64,000 nucleotides of DNA, from positions 827-64,826 of the forward strand of contig CAYZRW010000007.1 of NCBI GenBank assembly GCA_964480955.1, written 5' to 3'. Below the pieces are notes generated by a model. That model was not told where the DNA came from, ran no database searches, and saw only the letters and a program-made list of their open reading frames with translations. The position numbers were made by a program, and so were the translations under genes. This document shows, in pieces, positions 29,437 through 38,861 of the stretch (within the stretch, counting starts at the first letter, position 1; each line of letters starts with the position of its first letter). The DNA is from an uncultured Candidatus Bathyarchaeia archaeon. Its GTDB lineage: Archaea; Thermoproteota; Bathyarchaeia; 40CM-2-53-6; RBG-13-38-9.

Positions 29437-29450
29437 CTCACTTAAGTGAG
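29437..29450. promoter_or_regulatory. Perfect 14-bp palindrome upstream of the PolB2 cassette (candidate operator)
   Basis: CTCACTTAAGTGAG. Confidence 0.4.
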
Positions 29451-29548
29451 AGAGATGGTCAAAACTGCTGAGAGGCCCACAAGTCAAACTAAAGAATCAC
29501 GTGTCTAATACTGGACAGGGCTGCTTGAGCTGACAAATTCAGTAACGT

Positions 29549-30475
29549 TCAGACGTGGGCTGTTCCAATTATCTCGTCCAGTCGGGCATTGTCATGCGAG
29601 GACATGTATGTCCTTAATCCTTCAGTCAGCTCCCTGAAGACATCTAGATCCCTATCGACAAGTATAGAACCTACTTGGACTGCCGAAGCCCCGGCGAGTA
29701 GAAACTCAACAACATCTCTCCAATTCGTTATCCCTCCGCAACCAATTATCGGCAGCGTGACTTTCCCGAAGATTTCGTAGACACACCTCAAAGCGATGGG
29801 TTTCATCGCTGGGCCTGACAATCCTCCGAACTTACCGCCTAGGATTGGGCGTCTAGCCTCAATGTTGATGGCCATAGCTCTAACAGTATTTATGGCAGTC
29901 AGAGCGTTTGCACCTGCCCTAGCCGCAGCGTCAGCTATCTCAACTATGTCAGAAACGTTTGGCGAAAGCTTGACTATGAGCGGCCCGTCGAAATTGGACC
30001 TGGCTGCCTTCGTCACTCTGGACACTAACTCAGGGTCTCGGCCTATCTCGACGCCAACCTCCTCAACATGAGGGCATGATACGTTCAATTCAAGCGCATC
30101 TGCACCAGCCTCCCTGGCCACCGAGGCGGCTTTCCCATAATCATCATCGTTGAAACCGTAAATGCTGGCCACAACCGGTACAACACCCTTCTTGGCCTCC
30201 CTAATTTCATCCTTCATACCCTCAGAACCAGGATTTGGCAAACCCAATGAATTCAAGAAGCCGCATGGGACCTCAGTTATGACAGGCCCCGGGTAGCCTT
30301 CCCTTGCAGTAACACCGAAAGACTTCGTAACGACTCCTCCAGCACCTTCTTGGGCTACGCGCCTCAGCATCGCACCCGAGATCCCTAAAAACCCTGAGGC
30401 AAGGATTAGCGGATTATTCAACTTCAATCCAGCAATCTGAACAGAGAGATCAACCTTTGAAGCTACCAATCTCAA
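29549..30475 (-). CDS. pyrD: Dihydroorotate dehydrogenase, family 1 catalytic subunit
   Basis: NPLILASG, NSLGLPNPG, ELNVSCPH, VKLSPN, INT, GGLSGP. Confidence 0.95.
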   Translation of the reverse strand: MRLVASKVDLSVQIAGLKLNNPLILASGFLGISGAMLRRVAQEGAGGVVTKSFGVTAREGYPGPVITEVPCGFLNSLGLPNPGSEGMKDEIREAKKGVVPVVASIYGFNDDDYGKAASVAREAGADALELNVSCPHVEEVGVEIGRDPELVSRVTKAARSNFDGPLIVKLSPNVSDIVEIADAAARAGANALTAINTVRAMAINIEARRPILGGKFGGLSGPAMKPIALRCVYEIFGKVTLPIIGCGGITNWRDVVEFLLAGASAVQVGSILVDRDLDVFRELTEGLRTYMSSHDNARLDEIIGTAHV

Positions 30476-30620
30476 CGAACCTCCTTCCAGATCTTAGGCA
30501 AGCAATTGGGTTCTTGAATGTAACTGATCGCTATGGATCTGCCAGAAAAAGGTTTATTCACTCTCCAATTATATTCTTCAGGAACTTACTGCCCTCTAGT
30601 CTGGGCTTGGAGCTGAGCAT

Positions 30621-31820
30621 TTGAAGTCAATGATAGTGACCACACTCATCGGGATATTTGCCCTCAACGCCAAAGGAAAAGTCGTTGGGGTAGAACTATT
30701 CCCAGCAAGCCCCAAAGAAGCGGCTAGCAGACTAACCCAGCTTCAAAATGGCCAAATAGGAAACGAGCTTACTCAACTGTTGAAGACTCTCCAACAGAAA
30801 GGCTATGACAACTTCTCATTCGAAGAGAGTGCGTTAGCCTCAAGCGTTGAGAAGAACCTTGGTCTTGTCTGCAATGTGGCAGAAGGATCAAGAGCAGCCA
30901 TGAGTCTCAGGAAGAGACTTGGCGAAACGGCCGTTGAACTTAGAATATTCGAAGACCTGAAGACGTTCCGCGAATACGTACACAACGTCACCGTCGCAAT
31001 GGCAGAGAAGGCGGTTACCAGAGAAACACAGAGGAGAGATATTTATGCAATACAAGTCATTCGCACTCTCGACGACCTTGACAGGACACTTAATCTCTTC
31101 TCCGGAAGAATTCGTGAGTGGTATGGCCTCCACTTCCCAGAGCTTGATAAACTACTTGACAAGCACGAAACATACATGAGACTAGTGTCAAACCTAGGAG
31201 CTAGAGAGAACTTTACAGTCAAGAAACTTGAATCGGAGGGGGTGCCCTCAGACAAAGCGCAGGCCATCGCTGCAAAGGCCAAAGCATCCATAGGCTTCGA
31301 CGTCAACCCAAAAGACCTAGTATTACTTCAAAGACTCTCAAATGAAACCCTTCAGCTTCACAATTGCAGGACCCAAGCTGAAGAGTACCTTGCTGCACTC
31401 ATGGAAGAAGTTGCTCCTAACATGACATCGATTCTCGGTCCGCTGTTATCGGCGCGGCTAATGTCAATAGCAGGCAGTTTGACTAATCTTGCGAAGATGC
31501 CTGCAAGCACGATTCAAGTCCTGGGTGCGGAGAAGGCGCTCTTCAGGTCTCTAAAGACAGGTTCCAGACCTCCGAAGCACGGAGTCATATTTCAGTACCA
31601 ACACATACACGCCGCTCCAAAGTGGCAGAGAGGCAAGATAGCCAGGGCTCTATCAGGCAAGCTTTCAATAGCTGCGCGAATCGACGCGTTCGGGGGGGAG
31701 TTCATAGGCGAGATGTTGAGAAATCGTCTTGAGAGAAAGATAAGAGAGATCCAAGATAAGTATGCGTCCCCACCTTCGGTGAAAAGGAAGAATGAGAGAC
31801 CTAGAGGTTCAGGAGCATGA
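30621..31820 (+). CDS. nop5: C/D box sRNP protein Nop5 (Nop56/58)
   Basis: REWYGLHFPEL, APN, PASTIQVLGAEKALF, PKHGVIF, RGKIAR. Confidence 0.95.
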   Translation: MKSMIVTTLIGIFALNAKGKVVGVELFPASPKEAASRLTQLQNGQIGNELTQLLKTLQQKGYDNFSFEESALASSVEKNLGLVCNVAEGSRAAMSLRKRLGETAVELRIFEDLKTFREYVHNVTVAMAEKAVTRETQRRDIYAIQVIRTLDDLDRTLNLFSGRIREWYGLHFPELDKLLDKHETYMRLVSNLGARENFTVKKLESEGVPSDKAQAIAAKAKASIGFDVNPKDLVLLQRLSNETLQLHNCRTQAEEYLAALMEEVAPNMTSILGPLLSARLMSIAGSLTNLAKMPASTIQVLGAEKALFRSLKTGSRPPKHGVIFQYQHIHAAPKWQRGKIARALSGKLSIAARIDAFGGEFIGEMLRNRLERKIREIQDKYASPPSVKRKNERPRGSGA

Positions 31821-32490
31821 GAATTTTCAGAACATCTACTGGCTAAGATTCGAAGGACAATGTAGGCTTGCAACCAGAAACCTAGCACCTACCGTCAGCG
31901 TCTACGGTGAGGAACTGTTCTCTCACGAGAGTATCGAATACAGGGTATGGAACCCCTACCGAAGCAAGCTCGCAGCCGCAATATACAAGGGTGTTACTGA
32001 GGTGCCCATCAAGCCTGGGACCGCAGTCCTTTACTTGGGCGCTGCCTCAGGAACCACCGTCAGTCACGTCAGCGACGTAGTCGGAAAGGACGGAGAAGTC
32101 TACGCAATCGATTTCTCGCAAAGAACTATGAGGGATCTCATTGAGAGAGTCTGCAGACACCGTGCAAACGTTCAACCAATTCTTGCTGACGCCCGAATCC
32201 CTTCGCAGTACCGCCTGATGGTCGGGAACGTCAACGTGATATATTGCGATGTCGCGCAACCGGAGCAGGCCAAGCTACTCGCCTCAAACTCTGACATGTT
32301 CTTACGAAGAAGAGGGACCGTAATGATCGCAGTGAAATCTAGAAGCATCGATGTGACGCTTAGGCCGGAAGAGGTCTTTGAACGGGAGACTGAAACCCTT
32401 AGAAGACGAGGATTTAAGATCCTTGAATCTATCCGACTTGAACCTTACGACAGAGACCACGCCATGATTACCGCAAAGTTCGAAAAATGA
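31792..32490 (+). CDS. flpA: Fibrillarin-like rRNA 2'-O-methyltransferase
   Basis: YRVWNPYRSKLAAA, VLYLGAASGTTVSHVSD, DVAQPEQ, LEPYDRDH. Confidence 0.97.
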   Translation: MRDLEVQEHENFQNIYWLRFEGQCRLATRNLAPTVSVYGEELFSHESIEYRVWNPYRSKLAAAIYKGVTEVPIKPGTAVLYLGAASGTTVSHVSDVVGKDGEVYAIDFSQRTMRDLIERVCRHRANVQPILADARIPSQYRLMVGNVNVIYCDVAQPEQAKLLASNSDMFLRRRGTVMIAVKSRSIDVTLRPEEVFERETETLRRRGFKILESIRLEPYDRDHAMITAKFEK

Positions 32491-32502
32491 GGAGAAGCGA
32501 CT

Positions 32503-32964
32503 ATGGATTACCTGGAGAGAGCTTTCAGAGCGATGATAAAGGAAGAAGTCAGAAGACTCAACCAGCACCTGCCGAGAACAAGGAAGACCCTAAAACATCT
32601 CCTTCAGGAACCTACACCGTCTGTGGAGACTCATGACGGAGGAAACATAGTAATTAAGAGGGAGGAATTGCAGAAACTGGCAAAAATCTTGCCGCCTAAC
32701 CTGCATGAGAAGCTCCAACTCCCAGTGATCGTTCAGAGGAGATTCGACCTTGGAAAATCTGTTTACACCGTATCCGGAAGCAAACTTGAGGAGTTCACTA
32801 TAAAGTACTTGCTTGGGCTCGCGGAGAACGACTTCGGCAATTATGAGGCTGAGGAAGTGTTTTACATCTACAAGCCGTATCTAATGGAGTTGATCCGAAC
32901 TATTCATTCCTTGATAGTGATAGGGTTCGGGACTCCTGAAGGTCTTACGTTAGACTCGCAGTAG
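32503..32964 (+). CDS. DUF61/UPF0216 family protein
   Basis: LNQHLP..RKTLK.LL.E..P......G; context next to fibrillarin. Confidence 0.7.
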   Translation: MDYLERAFRAMIKEEVRRLNQHLPRTRKTLKHLLQEPTPSVETHDGGNIVIKREELQKLAKILPPNLHEKLQLPVIVQRRFDLGKSVYTVSGSKLEEFTIKYLLGLAENDFGNYEAEEVFYIYKPYLMELIRTIHSLIVIGFGTPEGLTLDSQ

Positions 32965-33627
32965 CTTGCACTCTAGGTTTCTAAAGGTTCTCCACGTTCT
33001 CCTAACGATGGGCAGATCGCACCTGTTCCTGAGAATCCACTCCTTCACAAACCTGATAGTCTTTGGGTCTGACGGGTAGCCTGATCCGAAGTCGCCGTAG
33101 GTTTCTTGCAGACTCTCAATTATCTCGTCCCTCCTCACCTTGGCTAGAATTGAGGCTGCAGACACCACAGGATACTTCCTGTCGGCGTGATGCTCCGATA
33201 CAATTCTCAGAGGAGCCTCAAGTTGCTGGAGTATTTGACACGCGAATCTTTCCGGGCTTCTGTCAGGGGCGTCGACATAAGCTGTCTCAGGTCTCAGCTT
33301 GTTAAGGATCTTTGCGATGTACCTTGCCTCTAACAGGTTCAGTCTCATCATTGGTCTACCCCTCAGGACTATGGAGTCGATCTCTTGAGGCTCAATCTCC
33401 AACAGGACATGTTCCTGAGTCAGGCTGAGTATCTTTGGGGCCAGTCGACTTCTTGACTTTCTAGTCAGAAGTTTTGAATCACGAACGCCAAGCTGGTTCA
33501 GGTAAGGAATCCTATCTTCTCTCAGAATCAAACCTGCTATTACGAGTGGACCTATGAGTGGGCCTCTTGGGAAGCCGTCTCAGCTCGGCTTTCTCCCAGC
33601 CTCATCCACTCCAGCAACCTGAACCAT
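32950..33627 (-). CDS. rnhB: Ribonuclease HII with a 27-nt intron (exons 33627-33593 and 33565-32950; 216 aa)
   Basis: Spliced N-terminus MVQVAGVDEAGRGPLIGPLVIAG; also GVRDSK, YVDA, ADRKYPVVSAASILAKV.RD, GSGYPSDP. Confidence 0.93.
33566..33592 (-). other. Putative BHB-type (EndA-spliced) mRNA intron in rnhB, 27 nt, with in-frame TGA
   Basis: mRNA TGGG-AG^A-AAGCCG-AGCTGAGA-CGGCTT-CCCA-AG^A-GGC: helix TGGG/CCCA, two AGA bulges, 6-bp inner stem; removal gives GGG AGA GGC CCA (GRGP). Confidence 0.87.
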
Positions 33628-33673
33628 TAGTGGTCCCCCAGACTCCTAGTCAACAGAATGCACTATTAGACTC

Positions 33674-34249
33674 TTACTCTAAGGCGCCGACACTGCCCTT
33701 AAGTTTGCAGAGCCTCCTCAAGATCCTTCCCGAGACCATCTGAGCTTGTCTATTGCGGTTCCCACGGGTTACCTCTACTATCTGAGGCATCGCGTCCAGA
33801 CCAAGGATTTCGGGAATCCGTTTCCAAAGATTGAATTGTACTGTTCCAAGGAATGGCTTGTTTCCAACAATTGCCTGCTTCGCAGCCGCCCTGAACTTTT
33901 GGCTGCAAATTTCCATTGGACCTATCTCGTCCACCACCAGAAGATCTACCTCTGGCCGACTTAAGCTATCGACAATTGCCTTGACGCCGACTTCTTCAAG
34001 ATCCTTTAGGTTTACTCCATACTTTCCGATCTTCGGGCCACTCTTTTCGTCTATGTGCGCAAGCAACCCCGTTGTACCGGTACACAGATCCAATATCCTG
34101 AAGCCAGTCCTTACCTGCCGCGTCCTGATTTCTTCAGTGATCATCCCCCCAACTACATAACCCCTGGCTTTGACGTCTTCAGCAACTCTCAACGCTAGGG
34201 TTGTCTTACCTACGCCTGGAACGCCTGTGACCAAGATCGCTTCAGACAT
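33674..34249 (-). CDS. Nucleoside-triphosphatase, THEP1/COG1618 type
   Basis: TGVPGVGKTT, GGMITEEIR...R.GF, GKYGV, VDEIGPME. Confidence 0.92.
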   Translation of the reverse strand: MSEAILVTGVPGVGKTTLALRVAEDVKARGYVVGGMITEEIRTRQVRTGFRILDLCTGTTGLLAHIDEKSGPKIGKYGVNLKDLEEVGVKAIVDSLSRPEVDLLVVDEIGPMEICSQKFRAAAKQAIVGNKPFLGTVQFNLWKRIPEILGLDAMPQIVEVTRGNRNRQAQMVSGRILRRLCKLKGSVGALE

Positions 34250-34317
34250 TGGGAACCCTTCATATTGTACAGAGCGCTTATCAATAGCTCTTCTTTCTGT
34301 CCCTTAATGGGGCAGAC

Positions 34318-35523
34318 GTGATGTGTGACCTTCGGTTGAGATGCTTGACTGAACCTCCAATCCCACCATTCAGTACACAGACCCTTACTGAGGGTGCGGT
34401 CAAGTTCGTCCTACCAAGCTGTAAGGACGATGCATACGCAGATTCAAGAGTATTCTATAATCCGAGAATGGCTCTGAATCGCGACATATCAATTCTGGTC
34501 GCTCGCTGCTACCAATCTGACTTGCAGAGACTGATGCGGATCGCTGACCCTATGACTGGCTCAGGAATCCGTGGATTACGCTATGCTGCGGAAGTGGACA
34601 AGGTCGAGCAAGTATCACTCAATGATATAGAACCGAACGCAACCATGATTGCTCACCACAATTCTACAATCAATAGTCTCGAAGCCAAAGTTGACATCCA
34701 ATGCATGGATGCGAATGTCTTCCTCAACCTGCACTCGGTCCCTGGAAAGAGATTTCATCTCATAGACCTTGACCCATACGGTTCGCCAACACCATACGTG
34801 GACTCGGCCCTCAGAGCTCTGGTCGACGGTGGACTTCTAGCCATGACCGCTACTGATATGGCTGTCCTTTGTGGAGCCAAGCCCCGCGCCTGCCTCAGAA
34901 GATACGGAGGGAGACCGCTTAGAAGCGAGTATTGCCGAGAAGTCGCATTAAGACTGCTTCTGGGATCCCTTATAGCGGCTGCTGGCAAACATGACCTAGC
35001 CATTGAAGCAAAATTTTCACATAGCACAGACCATTACGTTCGCCTCTACGCAAAGTTGAGCCGCTCAGCCACTAGCGCGAACAAGAATCTTGAACAGATG
35101 GGTTACATATACCATTGTTTTCGCTGCGTCAACAGATTCACTTCAAGAGACCCAGGCAAGCATAGGGTATGTGGAAGATGCGGCCGGCCAATTGCCCTAG
35201 CTGGGCCGCTCTTCTTGGGCAGACTGATAGATAGAGAATTCTGCAGAGACCTCATAGAAATCCATGATGCGAGGGAATACAAGTCCAGTAGACTCTCAAG
35301 ACTGCTATGCCTTACTTTGGAAGAGGCCGATGCTCCCCCCACATACTATACTGTTGACGCAATCTGTGACAGGATGGGCAAGGCTACTCCCAGCCCCACC
35401 TCAATAATAGAGGGTCTCAGAACTCAAGGTTACAGTGCAACGCGAACACATTTCGACGGGCGGGCTTTCAAGACCGACGCTTCTGTTGACGTTATTGAGG
35501 CCTCAATCAGAGAGATCGACTGA
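34318..35523 (+). CDS. trm1: tRNA (guanine-N2)-dimethyltransferase Trm1
   Basis: VFYNPRMALNRD, GSGIRGLRY, DLDPYGSP, TATD, HYVR, AGPL; start may be TTG 34345. Confidence 0.93.
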   Translation: MMCDLRLRCLTEPPIPPFSTQTLTEGAVKFVLPSCKDDAYADSRVFYNPRMALNRDISILVARCYQSDLQRLMRIADPMTGSGIRGLRYAAEVDKVEQVSLNDIEPNATMIAHHNSTINSLEAKVDIQCMDANVFLNLHSVPGKRFHLIDLDPYGSPTPYVDSALRALVDGGLLAMTATDMAVLCGAKPRACLRRYGGRPLRSEYCREVALRLLLGSLIAAAGKHDLAIEAKFSHSTDHYVRLYAKLSRSATSANKNLEQMGYIYHCFRCVNRFTSRDPGKHRVCGRCGRPIALAGPLFLGRLIDREFCRDLIEIHDAREYKSSRLSRLLCLTLEEADAPPTYYTVDAICDRMGKATPSPTSIIEGLRTQGYSATRTHFDGRAFKTDASVDVIEASIREID

Positions 35524-36171
35524 AGATGGAGTTGTACCGACTGTGGGTCTGCCGCGACTTATGAGGCCCAGTCCAAGAACGTAGAGTTCGGAACTAGACG
35601 CCCTAGTTGCGCGGGGCCTGACAAGTCTAACCTCACGGAAACTCTTCCTGACTTTATCTAAGAAGTTATTCAATTCACTGCCTTGAAATACCTTGACGAG
35701 GAAGTTCCCGCCCAACTTCAAGACTGCTTGAGCTACCTCAAGAGATTTCCTAGCCAAGTGAATCTGCCTTGAATGATCAACATCCCAAGCACCTGAAACA
35801 TTTGGTGAGACATCTGAAATGACAGCATCGACCTTATCCGGAAACTTCTCCACAAGCAACGTGACCGTGGAGGCTGACGTCACATCAAGTTCCATCAACT
35901 CAACTTGTGGCTGACTCAAGGGGTCGATTGGCTTGATGTCGATACCTAGAACATATCCCTCATTCCCAACGATTTCGCTGGCAACTTGGGTCCAGCCCCC
36001 TGGGGCGGCCCCAAGGTCGATAACCCGATCACCCTTCCCGATAAACCTGTAGCTCTTGACTACTTGCAGAAGCTTGAATGCTGCTCTGCTTCGGTATCCC
36101 CCACTTTTAGCCAGCTTGTAGTACTGGTCTCTGCGCCTTTTCTGGATCCAGATCGAGGAACTCTTAGTCAT
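35503..36171 (-). CDS. rlmE: 23S rRNA Um2552 methyltransferase RlmE/FtsJ
   Basis: YRSRAAFKL, DLGAAPGGW.Q, SDVSPN, KVFQG, SSELY. Confidence 0.95.
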   Translation of the reverse strand: MTKSSSIWIQKRRRDQYYKLAKSGGYRSRAAFKLLQVVKSYRFIGKGDRVIDLGAAPGGWTQVASEIVGNEGYVLGIDIKPIDPLSQPQVELMELDVTSASTVTLLVEKFPDKVDAVISDVSPNVSGAWDVDHSRQIHLARKSLEVAQAVLKLGGNFLVKVFQGSELNNFLDKVRKSFREVRLVRPRATRASSSELYVLGLGLISRGRPTVGTTPSSVDLSD

Positions 36172-36307
36172 CTGTAATCTTGGGCCTGCCGAACCCGATT
36201 CCTAGAACGCAAGGTTACTCCAAATGTCAAATGAGTTCGGGGTAGACTCCTTACAGACCTATGACTACGTCCCTAGTTTCCGTACGCTACACATGAAAAG
36301 CCAATTC

Positions 36308-36679
36308 CTATTCCGAGTCCTTCAAAGTGAGGCCGTTCAACCAGACGGTTAGTCTGTCGCACTTTGCAGGGGAGATAAGTGCTGACTGACTGCATCTGCC
36401 CTCGAGGTCACAGAATGCGCATGGTATAGCTATAATGGAGTCGACTCTTGCAATTTTTCTCTTAGCCAAGATCCTGTAGGTCCATCTGCCGTCAAACAGC
36501 TCTTTCCGGCGCTCAATCAGTTTCTTCTTCTCAAGCCTCAGTATAGCTCTTGAGCCTTCGCGACTGTCAGAGGTGACAGTCTTCCAGAGTTCCGATTGAA
36601 GTATTCCGTTCTCACCCGCGTTCATGATGATGTGAAAAACATCTTGCTCCGTTGAGCCTCTTCTCGCCAATGAACACAC
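36308..36679 (-). CDS. RPC34-like winged-helix/Fe-S protein (TFE beta subunit homologue)
   Basis: GILQSELWK...SREGSR...RLEKK.LI.R wH domain; C-terminal PCAFC....C....ISPAKC..L..W. Confidence 0.75.
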   Translation of the reverse strand: MCSLARRGSTEQDVFHIIMNAGENGILQSELWKTVTSDSREGSRAILRLEKKKLIERRKELFDGRWTYRILAKRKIARVDSIIAIPCAFCDLEGRCSQSALISPAKCDRLTVWLNGLTLKDSE

Positions 36680-36811
36680 CGTTTTGGGTTGATAGAAGGT
36701 CGAAATAGCTTTTAAACGTTATAGGTTTCTATGTTAGTCGCTTGAACAAATCCGTTCAGTTTGGAAAACCCGTCGGAGCATGTCTATGTTTAGAGAATGT
36801 GGTATTGAGGC

Positions 36812-38227
36812 TTAGTCTATTCTTCGCCAACGCGTACCGTCCGGGGTATCTTCAAGAATTACCTTTAGGGCACCTAGCCGTTCTCTCATCTTGTCCGCTG
36901 CCTCCCAATCTCCTCGCTTTCTAGCTTCTTCCCTTAGCTCCACGACTAGATTCAGAAGATCTTCAGTAATGCCAGTTTGTGAAATACTATCACCGGAGAT
37001 GTTTATTCCAAATATTGAGGTAAAATCTTTGAGAGCACTCAGTGCTCGGGTTACCATGTTCTTTTCCGGGTGTTTCTTCACATACGCTTCGAACTTCTTT
37101 GCAAAGGAAAGCATAACAGAAAGGGCGACAGGGGTATTGAAGTCGTCATCCATTGCTTCCATGAATTGTTCCCAGTGAGTCTGAGTCATCTTGAAGAAAT
37201 CAGCGTCCTCGGGCTCTTCTCCAGATTTGGCTTTAGTCAATGCTCTCTGACCCTCAAGGTAAGCACTTGTTATCCGGCGGTAATTCTCCCTAGCATCTTT
37301 GAGGTTGCTCTCGTTGTAATCTACGGGACTTCTGTAGTGGCTTGACGCAAAAAAGACCCTCAGAACATTGGGATCGTACTTCTCAAGGATTTCTCTGATA
37401 GTCACGAAGTTGCCTAGGGATTTTGACATCTTCTGGCCCCTTACGTTTACCATTCCTGTGTGTATCCAGTACTTGACCAAGGGCTTCTTGTCAGTGGCGG
37501 ACTCTGCCTGAGCGATCTCTGCTTCATGATGCGGAAAGACGAGTTCGACGGCCCCCCCGTGAATATCGTATTGTGCCCCAAGATATGTTGCAGTTATCGC
37601 CGTGTCCTCTATGTGCCATCCAGGCCTTCCCCAACCCCAAGGGCTCTCCCAGCCCAACTCTTCCCTCTCTCGACTTTTCCATAAGGAGAAGTCGCTTGGG
37701 TCTCTCTTCATTGGATCAGGTTCGATTCTATGTTTCTTTAGCTCTTCTGGTTTTTGATGGGATAACTTGCCGTAGTCCGGGAATTTCGAGATATTGAAGT
37801 AGACGTCGCCGTTGACTGTGTATGCGCAATCTTTCTCCAAGAGGGTAGATATCTGACTGATTATCTCAGGAATGTGTTCTGAAGCTTTTGCAAAGAGATT
37901 GATTGATGATATGTTTAGCAGGGATATATCGTTGAGAAATTCTTTCGTGAAATGGCCTGAGAGGGCAAACGGGTCAACTTTCTTTTCTTTGGCTCTATTA
38001 ATGATCTTGTCGTCTACGTCAGTTATGTTCATCAAATAGAAGAGGCTGTAGCCTTTGAATCTCAAGTATCTAGCTATGATATCGTAGACAGTGTACGTCC
38101 TTGCGTGGCCTATATGTGAATAGTCATAGACAGTGGGGCCACACACAAACATGTTTACCCTGTTGCTGTGGATAGGTTTGAATTCTTCCTTGACACCGGT
38201 CATGGTACTGAATACTCGCAGAACCAC
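36812..38227 (-). CDS. cysS: Cysteinyl-tRNA synthetase
   Basis: CGPTVYD.SHIGHAR, GRPGWHIE, FPHHE.E, KMSKSLGN. Confidence 0.97.
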   Translation of the reverse strand: MVLRVFSTMTGVKEEFKPIHSNRVNMFVCGPTVYDYSHIGHARTYTVYDIIARYLRFKGYSLFYLMNITDVDDKIINRAKEKKVDPFALSGHFTKEFLNDISLLNISSINLFAKASEHIPEIISQISTLLEKDCAYTVNGDVYFNISKFPDYGKLSHQKPEELKKHRIEPDPMKRDPSDFSLWKSREREELGWESPWGWGRPGWHIEDTAITATYLGAQYDIHGGAVELVFPHHEAEIAQAESATDKKPLVKYWIHTGMVNVRGQKMSKSLGNFVTIREILEKYDPNVLRVFFASSHYRSPVDYNESNLKDARENYRRITSAYLEGQRALTKAKSGEEPEDADFFKMTQTHWEQFMEAMDDDFNTPVALSVMLSFAKKFEAYVKKHPEKNMVTRALSALKDFTSIFGINISGDSISQTGITEDLLNLVVELREEARKRGDWEAADKMRERLGALKVILEDTPDGTRWRRID

Positions 38228-38282
38228 TGCCCTTCACCAGTCGCCCTCTATGTGCTGCCTAGGGACGTCTACCCTCCAAAAG

Positions 38283-38783
38283 TTAGAGCTTGTAGCCTAT
38301 CTCCCTTAGAAACGCCGTTCTTTCCCCTACCTCTTTATCGCTCTCCACACCTTTCGGTTTGAGGCCGTCGACCACCCCAAGGACAGCCCTGCCACTGCCG
38401 GTTTCCGCCACTATGACCTCCACAGGATTTGCTGTTGCACAGAAGACGTTACAGACCTCGGGAACATGCTTTATCGCGTTCAGGACATTGATTGGGTAGA
38501 GGTTCCTCAGCATAACTATGAAGGTGTGACCCGCTGAGATCTTCAGGGTGTTCCTAACGGACAAATCTACAAGTTCAGGGTCTGTACCGGCACGTCTTAC
38601 CAAGCAAGGACCTGAGGACTCTGAAAAGGCCAATCCGAATTTTGCACCGGGGACGCTACCTGAAACGGCTTCATAGAGATCCTCTACACTCTTGATGAAG
38701 TGGCACTGCCCCAGGATTACGTTCACATTTTCCGGCCGCTCTATACTCACAACGCTAATTTTAATCTCGGCCACAAAATTCAC
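38283..38783 (-). CDS. Adenosine-specific kinase family (COG1839)
   Basis: NVILGQCHFIKSVEDL, GLAFSESSG, AGHTF, CATANP, GVVDG. Confidence 0.88.
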   Translation of the reverse strand: MNFVAEIKISVVSIERPENVNVILGQCHFIKSVEDLYEAVSGSVPGAKFGLAFSESSGPCLVRRAGTDPELVDLSVRNTLKISAGHTFIVMLRNLYPINVLNAIKHVPEVCNVFCATANPVEVIVAETGSGRAVLGVVDGLKPKGVESDKEVGERTAFLREIGYKL

Positions 38784-38861
38784 CTTCTAACGCTGTTTCA
38801 AACCATTCACAATATAAGCTAAGAAAATGTTGGGTCTACTTATATCGGTAACTTGTTGGCC

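Noticed and set aside
33580-33582. Selenocysteine or stop read-through at the in-frame TGA of rnhB
   Set aside because: Read-through would leave nine extra residues inside the DEAGRGP active-site motif; excision explains the sequence better.
26890-33592. Inteins, group I/II introns or IS footprints as the cause of the two insertions
   Set aside because: The inserts are far too short for inteins or self-splicing introns, place stops in frame, and share no terminal repeats with each other.
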